From positions 77,620 through 141,619 of the forward strand of contig CBDCLE010000011.1 in NCBI GenBank assembly GCA_965218585.1: 64,000 bases of DNA. Direction: 5' to 3'. Position 1 is the first letter of the stretch. Every line of letters begins with the position of its first letter. The position numbers and the translations under genes are program-made. This document shows, one piece after another, positions 52,366 to 62,329 of the stretch. This DNA comes from Terriglobia bacterium. Its GTDB lineage: Bacteria; Acidobacteriota; Terriglobia; 20CM-2-55-15. The notes under the pieces are model-generated. The model did no database searches and was not told the DNA's origin. It worked only from the letters and a program-made list of their open reading frames with translations.

Positions 52366-55300
52366 TGGACATTTCCGGGCGGTGCCGGATCAGGAAACTC
52401 AAACTGGGGTAGCTCAAGTGTCGGGTCGCTCTCTCGCAAAAACAAAGACGCTTGATCGAGCATCCACTCTTGAAGGAAGCTGCCTGCTGACGCATCGCTG
52501 AACTGAACGATCCGACTTCCTAAACCCAAGCGCTCCAGTGGACCATCACGTGCCGCCTTGTCGAGTTCAATGACCTCGGCAATCCGTCGAATATCCGTGA
52601 CAAAATCCAGAACGATCACGTTCTTCTTGCCAGGACTCACACGAAGACCACGCCCTAACTGTTGAACAAATATACGGCGGCTGTGAGTCGCTCGCAAGAA
52701 CACAATAAGATCGACATCCGGCACATCGACTCCCTCGTTAAACAGGTCGACACTCGTGAGTACGTCCAGGTGACCGACCCTGAACCGGGTCATCAGTTTG
52801 TCGCGTTCGCGAGGAGGCATGTCGCCGTAAATTGGCTCTGTCTTTATGCCATAGCGGCGAAGCATTGCAGCCATGCTTTTTGCATGAGCGATTGTGGGGC
52901 TGAACAGTATCGCAGCACGCCGTCCTTCGTTTTCGAAGGCTTGCTTGATTAGCCGCGCGGCCTGTTCATCCCTTGTTGGGATAATGAGCTTGCGGTTCAA
53001 TTGAGAGAGAGAATACTTGTGTGTAGATGCCTCTTGAACAAAGTTCCAGTCGAGATTATCAGCTAAGAGCCGATAGTCCACCTCTGACAAGAAGCCTTGC
53101 TGTAGTCCCTCGGCAATCCCGATCTTCACCAACGGCTGACCGAGAATCTCGTCAATATCGAATGCGTCACCGCGCCAGGGCGTCGCCGTGACACCTCCAA
53201 GCATTGGCGGATTCAACACATGAATTGCACGTCGAAACATATCCGCTCCGACATGATGCGCTTCGTCAACGAGTATGAGGCCGAAACTGGGAAGTTTATC
53301 AAGTTGGGAAACGACGCTCTGAATGGTCGCGAACGTAATGCCGTCCCAATAAACTGGGCGCTCGCCCTCGGAAAATTGGTGAGTTGGCACCCAACTCGGA
53401 AGCTGGTACCAGAATGCCTTGTGGAGCTGATCAACAAGTTCGCGGGTATGGGCGAGAACAAGCACTCGGTTTTCTGTGATTAGACCATCCCGATACAAAT
53501 CAGCTACGACCTCAGCCATCACGACGGTTTTACCAAGACCGGTAGCTAGCACGACTTGCGCGCGCCCTGTATCGAGCAAGGCTTCACGAAACCGCGACGA
53601 GGCATTTTCCTGATAATCACGCAGTGCGCGACGGGAAGGCGCATATTCGGGGCTGCTCCTCATACGTTTGAGTAACACGCCGGGTGGGGCTAGGAGCCTG
53701 CGCCGTAGGAAGTGAATGAGATAATAGTGTCGCAGTTAGGAGGAGAATGCGATGCCGACGACGTTTCGCCCGTACCAGCCGGAGCAGGGGTTGCTGCTGG
53801 CGCCGGATATACGGGATTGGTTGCCGGAGGGGCACTTGGCACACCATGTGAGCGATCTGGTGGACGGATTGGACTTGACGGCGTTTTACGCGCCTTACGA
53901 GGGGGACGGTCGTCGCAAGTCGCCGTATGAGCCGCGGATGATGGCGAAGGTGCTGATCTACGGGTACGCGACGGGGGTGTTTTCGTCCCGAGGGCTGGCG
54001 CGGAAGCTGGAGGAGGACGTGGCATTTCGGGTGTTGGCGGCGGGGAATTTTCCGAGCCATCGGACGATTTGCGAGTTTCGCCGGCGTCATTTGTCGGATT
54101 TCAAGGCGCTGTTTGTGGAGGTGGTCGGTCTGGCGCGCGAGACCGGGGTTGGGAACTTCGGCAAGTTGTCGATCGACGGGACGAAGGTTCGAGCCAATGC
54201 CAGCAAGCGCAAGGCGATGAGTTACGGTCGGATGCAGGAGGAGGAGCGGCGCCTGGAGGGCGAGATCGAAGCGTTGCTGTCGCGCGCGCGGGAGACCGAT
54301 GCGGCGGAGGACGCGCGTTTCGGGGAGGCGCATCGCGGCGATGAGTTACCCGAGGAGTTGCGCCGCCGGGAGGATCGGCTGGCGGCGATCCGGGCGGCCA
54401 GGGCGCGATTGGAGGCCAGGCAACGGGAGGCCGACGAGGCGCGGGGACGCGAGCCCGGTTCGAAGCGCAACCGGAAGAGCGGGCGGCCCTACAAGCGGGA
54501 ATACGGCGAGCCGGACGAGAAGGCGCAGGACAACTTCACCGATCCCGAAAGCCGGATCATGAAGACCTCATCGGAGGGTTTTCAGCAGTGCTACAACGCG
54601 CAGGTGGCGGTGGAGGGAGAGAAGCAGTTGATCGTCGCCACCGAGGTGTCGTCGAACGCCAGCGACCAGGGTCGGCTGGTCCCGTTGGTGGACGAGGTGG
54701 AGGCCACCCATGGGGAACGGCCCGAGACGGTGCTGGCGGATGCGGGCTACTGCAACGAGGACGACCTGGAGGCGCTGGAGGCGCGCGGCGTGGACGGCTA
54801 TGTGGCCTTGGGCCGGGAGGGCCGGCGCGCGGTCGCGGTAGACGCCGCCAGGCATCCGGCGAAGGCCCGCATGGCCGAGAAGCTGTCGATGGAGGCGGGA
54901 CGGGTGCAGTACGCCCAGCGCAAATGGCTGTCGGAGGCGCCCAACGGGTGGATCAAGGAGGTGCTCGGCTTCCGCCGATTCAGCCTGCGCGGCCTGAACA
55001 AGGTCCAGGGCGAGTGGAACTTGGTGTGTCTGGCATTGAACGTCAAGCGGATGCAGGGGCTTCAGGCAGCCTGATGACAGGGATACCGCCCGCAAATCAG
55101 GCCGAACGAGGGTCGATTCAAGCACCCGTGGCGCACCCATCGGCGCCTCGTCGTCCAAAACGCCCATTCCCCGGTCACCGATACCGATCAATCGCCATAT
55201 CGCGAAATTCGCCGAGTCGAAAATCGTCCTACGGCGCAGGCTCCTAGCTCGATCTTGAGACCTTGGCGCTCAAAACGAGCCTTCTCTTCCAAGAGTCCCC

Positions 55301-55598
55301 GGCCGGGTGGTCGCGACGTAGACACAACCATTCGGTCCGCTTCGTAATATCGAGCGGCTTCAACGACCTCGCTTACTGCGGCCTTTGGCGGATTTGACGA
55401 GGTGGTATGTTTACATTGCCAAACCCACAGCTTGTCGTTCTTGACGCCTAAGACATCCGCCCCTCGATCACCCGACCCGCCGACAACGCGCACATCACCA
55501 AATCCATTAACGATGAGGAGGCGTGCAACATCTCTCTCGAATGCCTTCCAAGGGCCATACAGCAGCCTTCGCTCATCAAGGAACCCGGAAAGCTGCAT
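52362..55598 (-). pseudogene. Mrr-like restriction endonuclease-SF2 (DEAH, ResIII-like) helicase fusion, interrupted by IS1182
   Basis: FERDVARLL...GDRGADV...QCK; LATGLGKT, DEAHH, TATP, EGVDVP, QQLGRGLR; removing the IS restores KIEL-APPGVLLKRM. Confidence 0.88.
53694..55243 (+). mobile_element. IS1182-family element copy 2; full-length transposase 53752-55074
   Basis: TIR GAGCCTGCGCCGTAGGA, CTAG duplication (53690-53693, 55244-55247); IDGTK, ADAGY motifs. Confidence 0.93.
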
Positions 55599-55600
55599 GG

Positions 55601-57935
55601 CTACTCCTCGTTGAGGGCCGCAGACGGCGCTAGGAGCTCCAGAGACAAACTAGCGCGTAGGAGACGCGCACGATCAGCAGCGGCTAAGTCATCCACGTCT
55701 TGTTCCGCAAGCCAAATGGCGTCAGCAAGCAGGCCTTCAAAGTATCTGACCAACTGCGCCTTGGCCTCTTCTGTTGCACTCGGCCGCCCGTAATCCAACT
55801 CCGAGTAGCTCTCATCCCAATACTGATCGTCAAAGAACAGCTCAGGGTGCTTAGAGAAAAATTTCAGAATACTGGTACGAGGCGCATACTCAAGGAAGCG
55901 ACCCGCGGCGATAGCTGCTTGGGGGTTCGCCAACTGACGCGTTGCCATCTTATGGAGGATGGCCTCCTGTTCGGAAGGGGAAAACTCTTCGAACAGCACT
56001 CGACCATCTTCCGGATCGAGTCTCTCTGAAACACCTTTCGCAATATCTGAAAGCGTCAAGGACGCTTCGCCGGACAAAGTAACAGGATCGAGCTTGGTGG
56101 TACCCGCATATCGTTCTCTGAGGTCCGCCAGAACCACACCAAAGGGTATGTCGGATTGGTCACCTCGGAGAAAATCCTTGGCTGACCAGGCTAACTCGGC
56201 GAGCAATGCATCCAACGTTGTGAGCGTTGCTGAGCGAAACGCCTCATGGGTTGGATTGACGAAAAACTCGTGCAGGCCCGAAGCCGTAGCTTTCAGTCTC
56301 CACGGAACCGTCTCCTCACCGAGTTCGGGATCGGAGTCCTCTACCGTCCAAGCGCGAACCTCCCAGCGTTGGTTGCTTCGATCATGTCTGTATTCTTGGC
56401 TCAGTGATGCCAGATGAGTTCGGTGTGCTGGCTCCGGCACTGGTTCCGGAGTATCAGGCTCCTCAGGTGGCTCTTCTTCTCCCTCATCCCCAAACCCCTC
56501 AAGGTCGTCATCTGGATCTCCTGTTGTCCCCGTATCCGTCAGAAGCTTCCGGTCTTCTTCCTCGACAAGCTCCCACCATTTTGTGTCTTCCCGGCATTCG
56601 AGATCACCAGCATGGAATTTCTTCGCCATCTGTTCGGCAAGATCATTGTCTCTAACAATGAGCAACCGCGCCCACGAACCTGCTACTTTGGGCTTCGGGC
56701 TTGACCGTCGGAAAGCTTGGAAAAGCAGGAACAAGGGGCTGTCATTCGGACCAAATCCAAGTTCACGCGCCTTGTCCGGGCGCAATGGACCATCGCCGCG
56801 AACGATATGCCCCATTTCCTCCCAGGCAGGATCGTTCCGGTCAAACCTGTTCTTTCGTGTATGTCACCCGACAATGGTCGAGATGGATCTCACCAACCAG
56901 ACGTCCCCTATTCCGCGGATCGTCAATCGGATATTCGGGCTCCTCACCGTCGTCGGAGTGCCAGACAAAGAGCTCTCTGCTGGAAATTTCGATCTTTCGT
57001 CCGTTCCGTATGAAATCGACTCCGTATTCGGAGTTGCTGAGATACCGCTGGACACCCATCCAGCCATGAACACGTCGCTTTCGCTGTATTATCTGTCCGC
57101 CACGGCCACAGGAACATTCGGTCTGGCCCGCCGGCAACCATTGCCAGCAGGCAAGGCAAAAGGGTCGGTCGCTTAGGTTTCGATCGATTGTCTGAAAAGC
57201 TCGAACTGTACCGAATCTAGGGCTCTGAACGATTCTTTCATCGCCCCAGATGCAAGGGTATCGGGCCTGTACTCTGTTTCTGTTGACAGACAGAGAAAAT
57301 GAAATCGGCACCCCGGTGGTTCGCAGCATTGCGGAGTACGTTTTGCTTAACTCGCGCGATATCTGACTCCTGTTGGCCGCGCGGGCGAACCACGTACGTT
57401 GCTCAGGTTTCAAAAGCTCGATGGATACTTCCGTTCCATGTTCGTGAGGATCAACCTTCTCCCTCTTGAGATGCGGCGTTCGAAAATGCCTCTGCTGCTG
57501 AAGCGCGTTGAAATCGATTTTTAGACCATGCCATTCAGCATCATCGCGACGGGTGGTCCAAACGGTCGTGACCGTCCCGAGACGCGCGGTAGCGATGTTG
57601 AATCCCATGCCAAACATGCCCAAGCTATCCACGGGAGTATTTCCGCTCCAACCGGCGCGCACTGCTGTTTCCAAGGTCTCAGACGACATGCCGGAACCGT
57701 TATCTCGGACAGATATCTTGGCGGAACCGCTATCCGAGGTTGGGACGGCGATATGCACTTCAGGATCGTCAACTGCTTTATCCTGTCGCTTCGCTGACAG
57801 AAATCCATCAACGGAATTGTCTACGAGTTCCGCTAGACACCGCCACTGCGCGAGATTGATTTCGCCGAGCATCGGCAAAATCCGCGGATCGGGTTGCAGA
57901 TCGAACTCGTCTTGCGTCTGAATATCGTCATTCAT
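55601..57935 (-). CDS. MORC-like GHKL ATPase with S5 fold, Zn ribbon and helical C-terminus (1-nt indel near 56850)
   Basis: ELVDNSVDG, DNGSGM, GMFGMGF, HGTEV; CLAC...CSC; RLVGEIHLD; removing one A restores YTKDRFDRNDPAWEEMG. Confidence 0.8.
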
Positions 57936-57949
57936 AAGTAGCACCCCCG

Positions 57950-59194
57950 CTATCTCCGGCTTTTTGACCGACTGGTATTTTTCTTGTTGGCAGATCCAGC
58001 TATTTGTCGGAAAAGCTTCCGTCCAATTACCTCCGCAAGATCAACCGGAACCGCGTTCCCAATCTGCCGCGTTACGTGGATCCGAGCCCCACAAAATACG
58101 AAATCGTCGGGAAACCCTTGGAGTCTCGCCGTTTCGCGCAGCGTGAAATAGCGATGCGTCCCATCATCCAGCAAGACGATATTCTCGCCGCCGGGAACGC
58201 CATGAACCCCCGCCTTAATTGTCTTTGATGGCCAGTCTAGTCGGCTGCCAGAATGGCCACGATAGATTCGTGCGCCGCGAACTAGCCAATGATTATTGTC
58301 GGATTTCGACTCGCTGGCGGCAGGAGACGGAAGGTCCGATATCGAATCCCGGACAGTCTTCCACGCATCAAATGCCGCAAAATCGTCCAAGTCCAATGCG
58401 GCCGTGCCGTTTGGCCCATTTTTAGGAGGCTTTAAGCGGCGGCTTTTCCAGTATTCACCATTGGTCTGTGTCCGTATTAGGGCTTCTTTTTTGTGGCTCG
58501 CCAGCGGAAAATCAAACTTTCCGGTAATGTCGGCCCTGGTCGCAATGATAAAGATGCGTCGCCGATTCTGCGCGATTCCGTAGTCGGCCGCTTCCAATAG
58601 CGCCCAGTTTACGTGGTATTCACACTCGTCCGTTGTAGCCTCTTCGTGTTGAGAAATTCGTTCGTCGTGTTTCTGCCACTCCTCTTCTTTCTTGGGCGCC
58701 ACAGAAGGCCATTCGAGCTGCCGTAAAATATACTCAAGGTATGGGCGAAACGACAGCCGAGCCAATCCTTGGACATTCTCGAGCATCACGGCTTGAGGCC
58801 ACAACGATCTCACCGCCCGGAGAACTTCGGGAAACATATTGCGATCGTCTTTGTCTGCCAAGTGACGGCCTGCCAAGCTAAATGGTTGGCATGGCGCGCC
58901 ACCAGCAAGCAGCCGGATTGGTCCTTCGAATTCGTCCCAATTCAATTTAGAAACATCTTCCTCGCGCACCTCACCATGTAACAAACCACCCTTAGACGAA
59001 TGGTTCTTTTCCAGCGTTTCGCAGGTATGCGGATCGATTTCAAATACATGTGAAAATTGAAACCCTGCCTTTTGTAGGCCCAGAGTCATACCACCGGCCC
59101 CAGCGAAGATTTCAATATCGGCAGAGGAGGTTGCTGTTGCCTTCTTAGATTTTCGAGTTTTGGTCACGGCCCCCGAACCGCCGATGGCGGTCAC
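57950..59194 (-). CDS. DNA cytosine-C5 methyltransferase
   Basis: FAGAGG, GGAPCQPFS, ENV, QNRRR, RETARLQGFPD, QIGNAVP. Confidence 0.95.
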   Translation of the reverse strand: MTAIGGSGAVTKTRKSKKATATSSADIEIFAGAGGMTLGLQKAGFQFSHVFEIDPHTCETLEKNHSSKGGLLHGEVREEDVSKLNWDEFEGPIRLLAGGAPCQPFSLAGRHLADKDDRNMFPEVLRAVRSLWPQAVMLENVQGLARLSFRPYLEYILRQLEWPSVAPKKEEEWQKHDERISQHEEATTDECEYHVNWALLEAADYGIAQNRRRIFIIATRADITGKFDFPLASHKKEALIRTQTNGEYWKSRRLKPPKNGPNGTAALDLDDFAAFDAWKTVRDSISDLPSPAASESKSDNNHWLVRGARIYRGHSGSRLDWPSKTIKAGVHGVPGGENIVLLDDGTHRYFTLRETARLQGFPDDFVFCGARIHVTRQIGNAVPVDLAEVIGRKLFRQIAGSANKKNTSRSKSRR

Positions 59195-59311
59195 CCTGTC
59201 GGAAAGGAATTATAAAGAAGTCGCTAATTGTTAGCGATTTTGGCTGTTTTGAAAAGAGTGGATTTGACAGTCGCGATGCACGGCCGCTTGGTAAATGGGC
59301 GCTTCACCGTA

Positions 59312-59480
59312 TCAGGCCACTGGTGACAGCCGTTCGACCTTGATTTTATCGGCATGCTTCATCGCTTGCGCTAGGTCGCAGACAGCCTGGAGCTGCGGCC
59401 ACGTGTCGGCACCGCCCCCGAATGCCTTGTCGAGCCGGATTGCCATTTCAGGCGAGATGCTCGCGTGACAGTTCACGATG
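59312..59480 (-). pseudogene. HigA antitoxin C-terminal remnant
   Basis: SISPEMAIRLDKAFGGGADTW...DLAQA. Confidence 0.7.
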
Positions 59481-59543
59481 GTCGATGCCGGCTCGACTCC
59501 GCAGCGTCAAGTTGACATTCTTATGACTGAAGGAAGAATCGCC

Positions 59544-59780
59544 ATGAGTGGCCACGACGCATTCGAGCGCATCCTGGCATCGTTGTACGATGCCAGGCTC
59601 GACGATGTCCACTGGCCGGACACCACGGCCCTGATTGACGAGGCCTGCGGCAGCACGAGCAATGTTCTCATGATCGGCGAAGGCCCGAAGGACGACATCC
59701 GGGTCCTCACCGTCGGGCTCTACTACCAGGGGCAGCGACGCGAAGACCTGGAACGAGAGTACCTCGAGGTCTACCATCCC
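59544..59780 (+). pseudogene. N-terminal fragment of a probable LuxR-type regulator
   Basis: FERILASLYDARLDDVHWP...LEREYLEVYHP, then resemblance ends abruptly. Confidence 0.5.
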
Positions 59781-59860
59781 AAACGGGGAAACGGGGAGCG
59801 CCGGTTGGCGCTGAAATTCTGTGGCCTGAAGTGTGGGGCAAAGCGATCGAATCGAGGATT

Positions 59861-59894
59861 TTTACGCGCGATAACTGGAATTATCGGGCGTAAA
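59861..59894 (+). other. 34-bp lox-like recombination site A
   Basis: TTTACGCGCGATAA-CTGGAA-TTATCGGGCGTAAA (14-6-14). Confidence 0.8.
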
Positions 59895-60197
59895 CATCAG
59901 TTCCGCGCCAAGTCCGTACTGCATGAGCATTTCGCGCCGTGATCCGCATTCCCGAGCACGTTCGATCATAACCTGCTGAAATCACTTCGTTTTTCCGGAA
60001 AAGCGTTGCGTCCGCCGACGTGACACAGGCGGAGGGCGATGCCCCATTGCGGGGTATTGTAGCAAGAATGTCCACTTTTTTACTCGCGATAACAACCGAG
60101 AGGGATCCGGGCACCGCTTGGGACGGTGCGGGCGAGCCTATACCCCGGACGTGCGCGCCGACATCACGACCCGGAAGTCTCTAGCGTGGGGCCGGCC

Positions 60198-61181
60198 TCA
60201 GCGCTGCTGCCGCTCGGCCAGTTGCGCGGCGCCGCTACGCCGGGCCAGCAACCGTTCCCCGTAGCGTTGGACCATGCGTGTCGTCTTCCACCGCCCGGAC
60301 TGCAGGATGGCCGGCAACTCGATGCCGCAGGCGATCATATCCTGAACCGGCCCGACGCGCGTGCTGTGCCCGGCCAGGGCGTCGACGATGTCGTCCGGAA
60401 GCCCGGCGCGCCGTGCCATCCTCTTGTAGATGCGCGGCACCTGGCTCGGGTCGAGTTTCTCCCGCACCGTGCCGTCCTTCCGCACCGAACGAAACAACCG
60501 CCCCTCGCCGACGCCGCTGGCTTCCAGCCAGACCTGGACCAACTGCACGGTGTCGCGCGCGAGATAGAGCATCGCGCCTCGTCCGTCCGGGTCGGTCTTG
60601 CCCGACCGCACCAGCAAGGTTGCGGACCCATCGACTTCCACCAATAAATCAGACACTTCCAGCGACACCAGCTCGGACCGCCGCAACATGGTGTCGTAGG
60701 CCACCGCCAGCAGCGCGCGGTTCCGGACGTCGATCCGCCGGTCACCGGCCGCCTCCAGCAGCCGGTTCCGCAGCGGTCAGGTCAGCCCCTGAACCTGCGC
60801 CTGCCGGCGCCCCCGGAGCCGGTGCATCCGTTGCAGGGCGAACCGGACGAGGGCGCTCTCGAGCGGGTTCGTCTGCCGGAGCGCTTTGTGCATGGTGGCG
60901 ATGCTGGAGACGTAGCGGCGCACCGTCGACGGGGCCTTGACCCGCGCCATGTCGTCGATAAAGGCGACGAGGGTGGCGGCGCTGGCGGGCAGAGCCGCCA
61001 GGACGTGTTGCCGGCACCAGGTCGCGAAGATCTCCACATCCGCCCGCAGCGCGCGCTCCGTGTTGCGGCTGAACGCACCCCGGGCCGCTTCGAAGTAGAC
61101 GGCCAGCTGGTCTCCCACCTCCGCGGCGTGTTCAACATCGGCCAGGATCTCCAAGTCGAGTGTCGGGTCTGAAATCAGCAT
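60198..61181 (-). pseudogene. Cre-like tyrosine recombinase with one in-frame TGA (60777-60779)
   Basis: N-terminal SRNTERALRAD; MLRRSE, SGKTD, GHSTRVG, GRWKT, MVQRY; both ORFs in the same frame. Confidence 0.88.
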
Positions 61182-61217
61182 CGGTCAGCCTCCGGTTCAG
61201 TCGAAAAGACCGCGCAT

Positions 61218-61251
61218 TTTACTCGCGATAATTCCAGTTATCGCGCGTAAA
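61218..61251 (-). other. 34-bp lox-like recombination site B (inverted relative to A)
   Basis: TTTACTCGCGATAA-TTCCAG-TTATCGCGCGTAAA; reverse complement matches site A at 32/34. Confidence 0.8.
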
Positions 61252-61602
61252 ACGGACCCGAGAACCGCTGAGAACGCAACCCATCAGGGCCCATTCCGAT
61301 TGCCTCAAACACGCTAGTAGCTGCTTGACTGCCATACAGTTTTTGACGCGACTCGGCCGCCAACGTTAAGGTCGGTCGCCGGTGTCGTCCCCCGGCGATC
61401 CTGGCCCGAGGTTGCTGGTTGGCTTACCCGTCCGTCGGCACGGTGAAGCGTGAGCTGTGTCCACACTTCGGCGGTGATCCGTGTTCGGCACGCAACGTGG
61501 CTCGCGGATCCCATCACGTTAGAGTCGGAAAGTACTTGTAGGGTCCTGTCCTGGGTCGCCTGCCATCGACCATCTAGTTTCAAGTCATGGGATCACCACG
61601 AC

Positions 61603-62223
61603 ATGGAGGCTGCCCTGAAGAAATACGGTAACCGGTTGATCGCGATGACGCTGCTCTGCGGCTCCTGGCTAATGGCCGCGTCCTGCACCCCGGCGCAGAA
61701 CGAACAAGAACTCTTTCAGAACGATGCCGAGCAGGGGGACGCGGACACGCCGGACAGCCTCGGACGCAGGTACGACGATGGCGAGGCCGCTATAGAAGAC
61801 GATGGCGAGGCCGCTATAGAAGATGACCGTGAAGCAATGCGGTGGTTCCGCACAGCGGCGGAGCAGGGGGACGCGCGTGCGCAGTTCAATCTGGGAACCA
61901 TGTATGACAACGGCGAGGGGGTCATCGAAGACGATGCGGAAGCGGCGCGATGGTACCGCATGGCGGCCGAGCAGGGACACGCGAGCGCACAGTTCAACCT
62001 CGGGGTCATGTACGACAACGGCTTGGGGATCATCGAGGACGACGTGTTCGCGCACATGTGGTTTAACATGGCCAGCGCCAATGGAAGGGTCAGTATCGCT
62101 GGCGTTGGGCCCGAGGAGTCACGGGCCAATCTTGAGCGTGAAATGACCAGTGCCCAGATCAGCCGCGCCACTGAGCTGGCACGCGCATGCGTGGCCTCGG
62201 ACTACCAGAACTGCGGGCCGTAA
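61603..62223 (+). CDS. Sel1-like repeat lipoprotein
   Basis: LMAASC lipobox-like; AAEQGDARAQFNLGTMYDNGEG repeats. Confidence 0.85.
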   Translation: MEAALKKYGNRLIAMTLLCGSWLMAASCTPAQNEQELFQNDAEQGDADTPDSLGRRYDDGEAAIEDDGEAAIEDDREAMRWFRTAAEQGDARAQFNLGTMYDNGEGVIEDDAEAARWYRMAAEQGHASAQFNLGVMYDNGLGIIEDDVFAHMWFNMASANGRVSIAGVGPEESRANLEREMTSAQISRATELARACVASDYQNCGP

Positions 62224-62329
62224 GCTGACCCGGAAGCAGCTGTCAACTCGAACAGTTGTATGATGAGCAGCAACGGTCCGACGTCGTCGCCGACGGTCCC
62301 GATCTGGTCGAGGCCATCCGGGATATTGT

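Noticed and set aside
60777-60779. In-frame TGA as selenocysteine or genetic-code reassignment
   Set aside because: TGA ends many intact genes here, the context suits Trp (TGG to TGA), and no SECIS-like evidence was seen.
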